Shown piece after piece: positions 56,897 through 64,000 of a stretch of DNA of 64,000 bases. A model generated the notes under the pieces. That model was given only the letters and a program-made list of their open reading frames with translations, had not been told where the DNA came from and made no database searches. The DNA lies in contig CAYGYX010000004.1 of assembly GCA_964354255.1 (NCBI GenBank), positions 10,374 to 74,373 of the forward strand. The letters are read 5' to 3'. This DNA is from an uncultured Acidimicrobiia bacterium. Its GTDB lineage: Bacteria; Actinomycetota; Acidimicrobiia; Spongiisociales; UBA11373. Within the stretch, counting starts at the first letter, position 1. The number at the start of each line of letters is the position of its first letter. Position numbers and translations under genes: made by a program.

Positions 56897-57529
56897 GTGC
56901 TCGCCCGCCTCTTCCTCGTGCGCCACGGCGAGGTCCACAATCCCGGCCACATCTGCTACGGCGATCTGCCCGGCTTCGGGCTCGGCCCCAACGGCCGCCG
57001 CCAGGCGCGAGCTGCCGCCGCCTACCTGGCTCCGACCGGCGCCGACCTCCTGCTCTGCTCCCCCTTGCGCCGGGCGAAGGAAACGGCCGCGATCATCGGC
57101 CGCCGCCTCGGCCTGCGCCCGCTCGCCGACGAAGGGCTCACCGAGTGGAGGCTGGGGATGCGCTGGGCGGGAACCGCCTGGGAAGACCTGCCCGCCCTCT
57201 TCCCCGGGGAATTGGAGGCCTACCTCGATCACCCCGCCGAGCTGCCCTTCTCTCCCGAGTCGATCGCCGCCGCCGCCGGGCGGGTGGTCGCCCTGGTCGA
57301 CGAACTGGGACGGAGCCACCCGGGGAGCCGGGCCGTGCTGGTCTCCCACCAGGATCCCGTGCAGGCCGCCCGCCTCCACCTCACGGGGGGCCTGCCGGCC
57401 GACCTGCACATCGACAAGCCCGGCCACGGCTCGGTCCTCACTCTGGAGCCGGGGTCGCCCTGGCGGCTGGCGGCTCGATGGGAACCGCCCGGGCCCGCCA
57501 CCTCCTTCCCTCCCGTCGCCGACGGCTGA
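56897..57529 (+). CDS. histidine phosphatase family protein (phosphoglycerate-mutase-like)
   Basis: RLFLVRHGE (RHG catalytic motif). SPLRRAKETA. LVSHQD. GTG start chosen to avoid overlap with dinB. Confidence 0.7.
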   Translation: MLARLFLVRHGEVHNPGHICYGDLPGFGLGPNGRRQARAAAAYLAPTGADLLLCSPLRRAKETAAIIGRRLGLRPLADEGLTEWRLGMRWAGTAWEDLPALFPGELEAYLDHPAELPFSPESIAAAAGRVVALVDELGRSHPGSRAVLVSHQDPVQAARLHLTGGLPADLHIDKPGHGSVLTLEPGSPWRLAARWEPPGPATSFPPVADG

Positions 57530-57595
57530 TCGATCGCCGCCCGAGGCCGGTCCTCCCACCGATGGGACGAGGCCGGCCGCAGCCCGGCCGGGCCG

Positions 57596-58177
57596 CTAGC
57601 CCTCCGTCTCCGCCAGCCGGGAGAGAAGCTCGGCGTCGGTGCCGAAGGCCAGCTCGGGAAGGGCGTTGAGAGCGAAGAAGGCAGCCTCCGCCGCGTCGTC
57701 GCCGGCGTGCAGATCGCCCTCCAGTACCCGGGCGGCGAACCACACGCCGACGGTTGGCTTGGCCGGGTCGTGGAAGTTCGAGGCTACCTGGAGCACCTCG
57801 CCGATCTCGGCGACCAGCCCCGTCTCTTCCGCCAGCTCCCGAGCCGCCGCCGCCCTGACTTCTTCGTCGTGATCGACGAATCCGGCGGGGATCGACCAGC
57901 GCCCGGCCCGGCTCGACCCTGCTGCCCGCCGCACCAGCAGCACCCGGCCCCGCTGGTCGCGGACCACCGCCGCCGCCCCCACCCCCGGGTTCTGCCAGTG
58001 GACGAACCCGCACTGCGGGCAGGCGCGTCGCGGCCGGCCGCCGAGGTCCTGCCACTCCAGCGCCGCCGCGCACAGCGGGCAGAAGGCATACACCGGCGAG
58101 CCGACCGGGGCGCAGTCTCCCGCCCCCTTCCCGCTCCGGGGGACACCCGGGCCGACGGACGACACGCTCCCGGTCAC
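57596..58177 (-). CDS. NUDIX hydrolase with N-terminal C4 zinc ribbon (NudC-like)
   Basis: CPLCAA...CPQCGF zinc ribbon. Nudix box [23 protein letters not shown] (GX5EX7REUXEEXGU). Confidence 0.8.
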   Translation of the reverse strand: MTGSVSSVGPGVPRSGKGAGDCAPVGSPVYAFCPLCAAALEWQDLGGRPRRACPQCGFVHWQNPGVGAAAVVRDQRGRVLLVRRAAGSSRAGRWSIPAGFVDHDEEVRAAAARELAEETGLVAEIGEVLQVASNFHDPAKPTVGVWFAARVLEGDLHAGDDAAEAAFFALNALPELAFGTDAELLSRLAETEG

Positions 58178-58710
58178 CCTGGGCCGTACCTGCCGGTGAG
58201 CCTCCCGACGGCGATCGCCGCCTCCCCAATGGCGGCCAGGGCCTCCCCGGTGCCGCCGCCGTCGGGCAGGCCCAGCCTATCCCCCAGGGCGTAGACGGAG
58301 AACCGGTAGGTGTGCTCGGCCCCACCGGGAGGGCATGGGCCCAGGTAGCCGGTCCCGCCCCCGCTGCTCTGCGCCTGGCGGGCCCCGGCCGGCAGCACCC
58401 CCTCCTCCAGGCCCCCGAGCCCCGGGTCGAGGCCGAAGGCCACCCAGTGCACGTAGGTGCCCCGGGGAGCGTCGGGGTCGTCGACCACCACCGCCAGTTC
58501 GACCGCCGAGGCGGGCACGCCCGACCAGGCGAGCGGTGGGGAGAGGCCGGGGCCGTCGCAGGTGAATCGGGCAGGCACCACCGCGCCCTCGGCGAAGGCG
58601 GTGCTCTCCACTTCGATGACCGCCGGCACCGCCAGGGCCGCCAGATCGTCGGCGCTGCCCGCCCCGGGCGCCGAGCAGGCGGCGGTCAGCAGGATGATCG
58701 GCACGGCCAT
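58174..58710 (-). CDS. YbhB/YbcL PEBP-family lipoprotein
   Basis: Lipobox [12 protein letters not shown] signature [33 protein letters not shown]. Confidence 0.8.
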   Translation of the reverse strand: MAVPIILLTAACSAPGAGSADDLAALAVPAVIEVESTAFAEGAVVPARFTCDGPGLSPPLAWSGVPASAVELAVVVDDPDAPRGTYVHWVAFGLDPGLGGLEEGVLPAGARQAQSSGGGTGYLGPCPPGGAEHTYRFSVYALGDRLGLPDGGGTGEALAAIGEAAIAVGRLTGRYGPG

Positions 58711-58819
58711 CCGATGACCCCTCACGCCCTGCCTCCTTGCCCAACCTCATCGAGGGTAGCCCCGATATCGCACCCGGCGGGCGGGTTCGCGCCACCCGCA
58801 CCCCGAGTCGCCTGCCGAG

Positions 58820-59062
58820 TCAGCCGCCGAGTTCCACCACCGCGTCGATGGCTGCCCCGACCGTGGTGATCTGCTCTGCCTGCTCGTCGGGGATGCTCAC
58901 CCCGCAGGCATCCTCCAGGGCGAGGAGCAGTTCCACCATCCCGAGCGAGTCGAGCCCCAGATCCTCCTCGAGCGACGACTCCGGTCTGATGGCGCCGCGC
59001 TCGACCCCCAGTTCGCGCACGAGCAGGTCGATGAGCCTCGCTTCGATCTCGGGCCGTTCCAT
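58820..59062 (-). CDS. acyl carrier protein (orphan ACP)
   Basis: 80 aa, acidic. Phosphopantetheine site LGLDSLGMVELLLALED. Only the last 80 codons of the 351-aa ORF are plausible. Confidence 0.7.
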   Translation of the reverse strand: MERPEIEARLIDLLVRELGVERGAIRPESSLEEDLGLDSLGMVELLLALEDACGVSIPDEQAEQITTVGAAIDAVVELGG

Positions 59063-59085
59063 ACTGCTTCCCGGCGGCTCCGCCC

Positions 59086-60123
59086 TCAACGGCCCAGGGT
59101 GGCGGCCACCGCCGCCACGCGGGCGACGTCGGCCTCGTCCACATCGCGGTGGGTGACGAAGCGCAGGACGCCGGGGCGGATGTAGCCCACCCGCACCCCG
59201 GCCGCGGCCAGTGCCTGGCGGAAGGCTTCCGGCCCACCCGCCAGGCGATCCCCCGGCACCTGGACCATGTTGGTCTGCGGCGGCATGGGCACCGACCCCG
59301 GCAGCCGCTCGCTCAGCGCGTCGGCCAGCGAGCGCGCCAGTTGGTGGTCGGCGGCGAGGCGGCGCCAGTCGCGCAGCGCCACCCGGGCGGCCGCCGCCAG
59401 GATCCCCGCCTGGCGCATCGTGCCGCCGAAGCGGCGGCGCACCGTGCGGGCCGCCTGGATCAGACCCTCCGGGCCGCAGAGCATCGAACCGACCGGCGCC
59501 CCCAGGCCCTTGGAGAAGCAGAACATGACCGTGTCGGCCCCCGCCGCCAGTTCGGCCGCCGGCCGGCCGCAGGCCACCGCCGCGTTGAACAGCCGGGCGC
59601 CGTCCAGGTGCACCGCCAGGCCACCGTCCCGGGCAACCGCGGTGGCGGCGGTCGCCGTTTCCGGTAGCAGGACCGTGCCCCCGGCCGCGTTGTGGGTGTT
59701 CTCCCACACGAGCAATGAAACCCGGGGCAAGCGGGTCTCCGACCAAACCAGAGCCTCCTCCACCTGCTCCGGCGTGATCACCCCGCTCTCGCCGGGCACG
59801 GTGCGGAAGGCCGTCCCCGAGAGGGCCGCGGCGGCCCCCCGCTCGTAGTTGCGCAGGTGGGCCCACTCGGTGCACAGCACCTCGTCCCCCGGCCGGGTCT
59901 GCAGGTTGATCGCCAGCTGGTTGCCCATGGTCCCGCTGGGGACGAAGAGCGCCGCCTCCTTCCCCACGATGGCGGCTGCCTCCTCCTGGAGGAGGTTGAC
60001 GGTGGGGTCCTCACCGTAGGAATCGTCGCCGACCTCGGCCTCGGCCATGGCCCGGCGCATCTCGGCCGTGGGACGGGTGACCGTGTCGGAGCGGAAGTCG
60101 GCGATGCCGTCGGCGAAGGCCAT
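59086..60123 (-). CDS. ltaE: low-specificity L-threonine aldolase (PLP-dependent)
   Basis: [10 protein letters not shown] start. [22 protein letters not shown] (PLP Lys). Confidence 0.85.
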   Translation of the reverse strand: MAFADGIADFRSDTVTRPTAEMRRAMAEAEVGDDSYGEDPTVNLLQEEAAAIVGKEAALFVPSGTMGNQLAINLQTRPGDEVLCTEWAHLRNYERGAAAALSGTAFRTVPGESGVITPEQVEEALVWSETRLPRVSLLVWENTHNAAGGTVLLPETATAATAVARDGGLAVHLDGARLFNAAVACGRPAAELAAGADTVMFCFSKGLGAPVGSMLCGPEGLIQAARTVRRRFGGTMRQAGILAAAARVALRDWRRLAADHQLARSLADALSERLPGSVPMPPQTNMVQVPGDRLAGGPEAFRQALAAAGVRVGYIRPGVLRFVTHRDVDEADVARVAAVAATLGR

Positions 60124-60213
60124 GGCGGCGCGCAGTGTATCGGGGGCCCGGCCGATTCCGCCGGGGCCGCCCGGGCCGGGTAGGCTGAGGGGCTGTCGTC
60201 CAACTCGAGATCG

Positions 60214-62343
60214 ATGGTCACCCGCCCCTCACCCCTTCCCGTCATCCCGGTCGCGCCCGGTACCCAGGTCCATCTCCCCAAGTCCTATGAGCGGCTGTGG
60301 GACCTGGCCTACAACATGTGGTGGGTCTGGCACCGCCCGGCCCGTGAGTTGTGGCAGCGGGTCAGCCTCCCCGACTGGCAGCATTCCCCCAACCCCCTCT
60401 CGATGCTGCAGACCGTGCCCGAGGAGGCTTGGGAAGCGCTGGAGAACAACGACTCCTTCGCGGACCTCTACGACGAGGTCATCTCCACCTTCGACGCGTA
60501 CCTGGCGGCGGAGGACACCTGGTACGACCGCACTCACCCCGGTGCTCTGCCCAACGGCCTGGTCTACCTGTGCACCGAGTACGGGGTGCACCACACCCTC
60601 CCCTTCTACGCCGGAGGGCTCGGGGTGCTGGCGGGCGATCATGCCAAGGCCGCCTCCGACCTGGGGGTGCCCATGGTGGCCATCGGCCTCCTCTATCGCC
60701 TCGGCTACTTCCATCAGGAGGTGGACCCCGAAGGCACCCAGCAGCACCTCTACCGCCCGGTCGAGGTAGCGCGCCGGGCCTTGCGCCGGGTACTCGACCG
60801 CACCGGCCACCCCCTGGTCGTGCAAGTCGAGCTGCCCGGGCGGATGGTGGATGTGGGGGTGTGGCGCATCGACGTCGGCCGGGTGCCCCTGCTCCTCCTC
60901 GACACCGACCTGCTCTCCAACGACCCGGCCGACCGGCCCATCACCCACTACCTCTACGTGCGGGGCCGGGAGATGCGCCTCTGCCAGGAGCTGGTCCTCG
61001 GCATCGGGGGAGCCCGGGTGGTCGACGCCCTGGGGTGGAAACCGTCCACCTGGCACATCAACGAGGGCCACGCCGCCTTCTCGCTCCTGCAGCGCCTCTC
61101 CCGGGCCATGGGGGCCGGGCTCTCCTTCGACGAGGCCGCGGCCCAAGTGCGGGAGCGGACGGTGTTCACCCTGCACACCCCCCTGTCGGCGGGGAACGAG
61201 ACCTTCGACCTCGGCCTGGTGCAGCACTACCTGGCCGACCGCCTCCTCGGCATCGACGCCGCCACCCTGGCCTCCCTGGGCACCCACTCCAATCCGGGCG
61301 CCTTCGACATGGGGGCCCTGGCCATCCGCCTCTCGGCAGTCACCAACGGGGTGAGCAAGCGGCACGGGGAGGTGGTGACCCGGGACTGGCAGAGCCTCAT
61401 CGGCGGGCCCAGCCAGGCGGTCACCAACGGGGTGCATCTCCCCACCTGGCTGGGCGGCGTGATCGAGCGCCGCGTCGCCCGGGTGCTCGGCCAGGACTGG
61501 GCGATGCGCACCCTCGACACCCCCGCCTGGGAGGCACTGCGCAAGATCCCCGACAAGGAGCTGTGGGAAGCCCATCAGGCGCAGAAGCAGCGCCTGCTGC
61601 GCAATGTGCGCACCCGTCTCCGCGAGCTGGAGGCCCGCCACGGGGAGCCGCCCGACGAGCTGCGCCGCGTCGGCACCCTGTTCTCGGTCGACCGCCTCAC
61701 CCTGGTCTTCGCCCGCCGCTTCGCCGGCTACAAGCGGGTCGGTCTGCTCCTCAGCGACATGGGCCGTCTCCAGGCCCTGCTCACCCACCCCGATCGCCCG
61801 GTGCAGATCGTCTTCGGCGGCAAGGCGCACCCGGCCGACCGGGAAGGCCAGGACCTCATCCGCCGGGTGGTGCAGATGGCCAAGGACCCACGCTTCGAGG
61901 GCCACGTCGCCTACGTCGAGGACTACGACATGGAGCTGGCCCGTTATCTGCTGGCCGGGGCCGACGTCTGGGTGAACATGCCCCGGCCCCCGATGGAGGC
62001 CAGTGGGACGTCAGGCATGAAGGCGGCCATCAACGGCGTGCCCAACCTCTCGGTGCTCGACGGGTGGTGGCTGGAGGGCTTCAACGGCCGTAACGGCTGG
62101 GGGTTCGGAGAAGTGCACCAGTCCGACGACGCCGATGCCGCCACGCTCTACCACCTCATCGAGCACGAGGTGGCCCCCCTCTACTACGAGCGCGACGAGG
62201 CTGGGGTGCCCCGGCGCTGGGTGGCGATGATGAAGGAGGCGATGATCGCCGCCGTGCCCTTCAGCGCCACCCGCATGGTCGCCCAGTACCTCGAGCACCT
62301 CTACGTCCGGGCCAACGGCAACGGGGGTTCCCCCGAGCCCTAG
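60214..62343 (+). CDS. glgP: alpha-1,4-glucan (glycogen/maltodextrin) phosphorylase, GT35
   Basis: [18 protein letters not shown]-binding block (Lys). TNGV. C-terminal GT35 core. 709 aa (short actinobacterial-type GlgP). Confidence 0.9.
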   Translation: MVTRPSPLPVIPVAPGTQVHLPKSYERLWDLAYNMWWVWHRPARELWQRVSLPDWQHSPNPLSMLQTVPEEAWEALENNDSFADLYDEVISTFDAYLAAEDTWYDRTHPGALPNGLVYLCTEYGVHHTLPFYAGGLGVLAGDHAKAASDLGVPMVAIGLLYRLGYFHQEVDPEGTQQHLYRPVEVARRALRRVLDRTGHPLVVQVELPGRMVDVGVWRIDVGRVPLLLLDTDLLSNDPADRPITHYLYVRGREMRLCQELVLGIGGARVVDALGWKPSTWHINEGHAAFSLLQRLSRAMGAGLSFDEAAAQVRERTVFTLHTPLSAGNETFDLGLVQHYLADRLLGIDAATLASLGTHSNPGAFDMGALAIRLSAVTNGVSKRHGEVVTRDWQSLIGGPSQAVTNGVHLPTWLGGVIERRVARVLGQDWAMRTLDTPAWEALRKIPDKELWEAHQAQKQRLLRNVRTRLRELEARHGEPPDELRRVGTLFSVDRLTLVFARRFAGYKRVGLLLSDMGRLQALLTHPDRPVQIVFGGKAHPADREGQDLIRRVVQMAKDPRFEGHVAYVEDYDMELARYLLAGADVWVNMPRPPMEASGTSGMKAAINGVPNLSVLDGWWLEGFNGRNGWGFGEVHQSDDADAATLYHLIEHEVAPLYYERDEAGVPRRWVAMMKEAMIAAVPFSATRMVAQYLEHLYVRANGNGGSPEP

Positions 62344-63044
62344 TCGGACGTCCGAGGGTCGGGGGCCCAGCGGCGGCGGTGCTTCACCTCCACCCCGCCC
62401 AGCACCACCAGGACGTGCACATCCAGCTTGGGGCTGTTCGGCCCCACCCCCCGCCGGGAGACCGTGTCGTCCCAGGCGCCGACGATCGGCAGGCCCCGCA
62501 CCTCCACCGCCCAGCCCTCGGGGACGATCACATCGATGTGCCCGAACACCGAGGTGGCCGACAGGCGGGCGCCGGCCGGGTCGAGCCTGGCCCCGGTGAG
62601 GTCGAGGCGCAGCTTCCCGAAGACGGCGGTCAGGGCCGCCCGGCGCAGGGCGGTGGCCCGGCTGGAGAGCTTCATCGAGTTGAACACCGACATCCGGGAG
62701 AACTCGGGGTCCTCGATCTGCCCTCGCCGCAACCGCCCCCAGCCGCTGAGCAGCCAGGCGCCGGCGAGGACCACCAGGATCGGCCAGGTCACCGACCAGG
62801 CGGTCTTCCCGAACGCCCCGGTGGTCACCGCCAGCAGCAGCAGCCCCCCGGTGATCAGCACCCAGGCCACCGCGCTGAAGTGCCTCTCCCCGTAGGCCTG
62901 CAGCAAGCCCAGGGCCACGATCAGCACCGGCCACCACCGCCCGACCACCCCGCCGCCCTCTATGACGCCGGCGGCATCGAGCAGGTAGATCGCACCGAGC
63001 GCCACCAGCGCGGCGCCCACCAGGCTACGTCCGGCGCTCACCAT
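62340..63044 (-). CDS. LiaF-like membrane protein (DUF2154 C-terminal domain)
   Basis: Three TM segments then a beta-rich domain (VFGKLRLDLTGARL...SVFGHIDVIVPEG.AVEV) typical of LiaF/YvqF C-termini. Confidence 0.6.
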   Translation of the reverse strand: MVSAGRSLVGAALVALGAIYLLDAAGVIEGGGVVGRWWPVLIVALGLLQAYGERHFSAVAWVLITGGLLLLAVTTGAFGKTAWSVTWPILVVLAGAWLLSGWGRLRRGQIEDPEFSRMSVFNSMKLSSRATALRRAALTAVFGKLRLDLTGARLDPAGARLSATSVFGHIDVIVPEGWAVEVRGLPIVGAWDDTVSRRGVGPNSPKLDVHVLVVLGGVEVKHRRRWAPDPRTSD

Positions 63045-63964
63045 CTTGCCTCCTCCGCCGCCAGGGCCGCTCCCACGAGTCCGGCACGGCTGCCGAACCG
63101 GGCGGCCACCACCGGCGTGGCCGCACGGTACCCCGCCGCGCCGACCGCCGCAGCCAGCGCGGACCGGGCCGGGCCGAGCAGTGCCTCACCCGCCGCCGCC
63201 GCCCCTCCGCCCAGCACGATCACGTCGGGGTCGAGCACGGCCACCAGGTTGGCGAGGCCCCGCCCCAGCCAAGCCCCGGCCTCGGCCAGCGCGGCTCGCG
63301 CCGCCGGGTCGCCCTCCCGGGCAGCCGCGCTCAGGTGCTCCCCGCGCGGCGGGCCCCCGGCGGCGGCGCGGGCCACCGCCCCCGCCGGGTCCGCTCTCAC
63401 GGCCTCCCGAGCCGCCCGGCCCAGGCTGGTGCCCGACACCAGGGCTTCCCAACAGCCGCGCCGCCCGCAAGCGCAGACCGGGCCGGAGGGATCCATGGCC
63501 ATGTGCCCAATCTCCCCCAGGAACCCGCGGCCCCGTTCCACCGCGCCCTCGACGACCAGGCCCCCACCGATCCCGGTGCCCAGGGCCACCAGCAGCACCA
63601 TGCGGTACCCGGTTGCGACCCCCAGGCGGGCCTCGGCCAGCGCGGCCAGGTTGGCATCGTTGTCCACCACCACCGGCAGCCCGGTCGCCGCCGCCACCTC
63701 CGGGCCCAGCCGCACCGGGCCGCCGGCCGAGTGGGGGCTCCACACCAGGGTGCCCGCCGCGTGGTCTACCAGGCCCGCCGAACCCACCCCGATGGCCGTC
63801 ACCGACCCATCGATCAGCGGCGCCACCGCCCCGGCCACCGCCGCGGAAATGGCGGCTGTCTCCCGGGGCGTGGGAACCACCCCGGCCGCCCGGATCGCGG
63901 TCGGCGAGTCGCCCCGGCCGAAGGTGAGGTTGGTCCCGCCGCAGTCCACGGCGATCACCGCCAC
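63038..63964 (-). CDS. ROK-family glucokinase
   Basis: IAVDCGGTN start. ROK signature with the zinc motif CACGRRGCWE. GIGGGLV. Confidence 0.85.
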   Translation of the reverse strand: MAVIAVDCGGTNLTFGRGDSPTAIRAAGVVPTPRETAAISAAVAGAVAPLIDGSVTAIGVGSAGLVDHAAGTLVWSPHSAGGPVRLGPEVAAATGLPVVVDNDANLAALAEARLGVATGYRMVLLVALGTGIGGGLVVEGAVERGRGFLGEIGHMAMDPSGPVCACGRRGCWEALVSGTSLGRAAREAVRADPAGAVARAAAGGPPRGEHLSAAAREGDPAARAALAEAGAWLGRGLANLVAVLDPDVIVLGGGAAAAGEALLGPARSALAAAVGAAGYRAATPVVAARFGSRAGLVGAALAAEEARW

Positions 63965-64000
63965 CGCCGCACCTCCTCGTGCTCCAGCCAGCCTACGCCG

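Overview
The window is about 72% GC, with the strong third-codon-position GC bias typical of a high-GC Gram-positive (Actinobacteria-type) chromosome. It is almost entirely housekeeping. The most plausible candidates for something new are the unusual ThyX-like protein and the LacD-like aldolase with its two PfkA paralogs. I found no CRISPR array, IS element or prophage, and no multi-gene module with the hallmarks of a defence or conflict system.

Left to right the window holds:
- polA (3' end off-window), a small coiled-coil protein, tRNA-Leu(CAA), glutamine-dependent nadE, and an OmpR-type two-component system.
- An MFS transporter, nth, a type-II P-type cation ATPase, and xpt.
- Four hypothetical membrane proteins, two of them tandem paralogs, then an EamA transporter.
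- A long ThyX-like protein, two small ORFs, and dnaE.
- A LacD-like class I aldolase followed by two PfkA-family phosphofructokinases, one with PPi-type signatures.
- The rluD-lspA-dksA/traR-like-yggU(DUF167) operon.
- ileS, preceded by a T-box leader.
- A near-complete dcw cell-division cluster on the minus strand: mraZ-rsmH-ftsL-ftsI-murE-mraY-murD-ftsW-murG-murC-murB-ftsQ-ftsZ-pgeF-yggS-sepF-yggT. It has no ftsA, as expected for actinobacteria, and notably no murF and no divIVA.
- An SDR oxidoreductase, a LapA-like small membrane protein, an HNH endonuclease, a resolvase-domain-only protein, and two hypotheticals.
- The MoxR-DUF58-transglutaminase triad with a convergent MerR regulator.
- dinB, a histidine phosphatase, a NudC-like NUDIX hydrolase, a PEBP lipoprotein, an orphan ACP next to ltaE, glgP, a LiaF-like membrane protein and a ROK glucokinase (partial view at the window end).

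The long Arg/Gly/Pro-rich ORFs in the six-frame track are high-GC shadow frames, not genes. Coordinates follow the supplied ORF track. When I checked start codons against the printed sequence I saw occasional 1-2 nt offsets, so treat gene ends as accurate to within about 3 nt.
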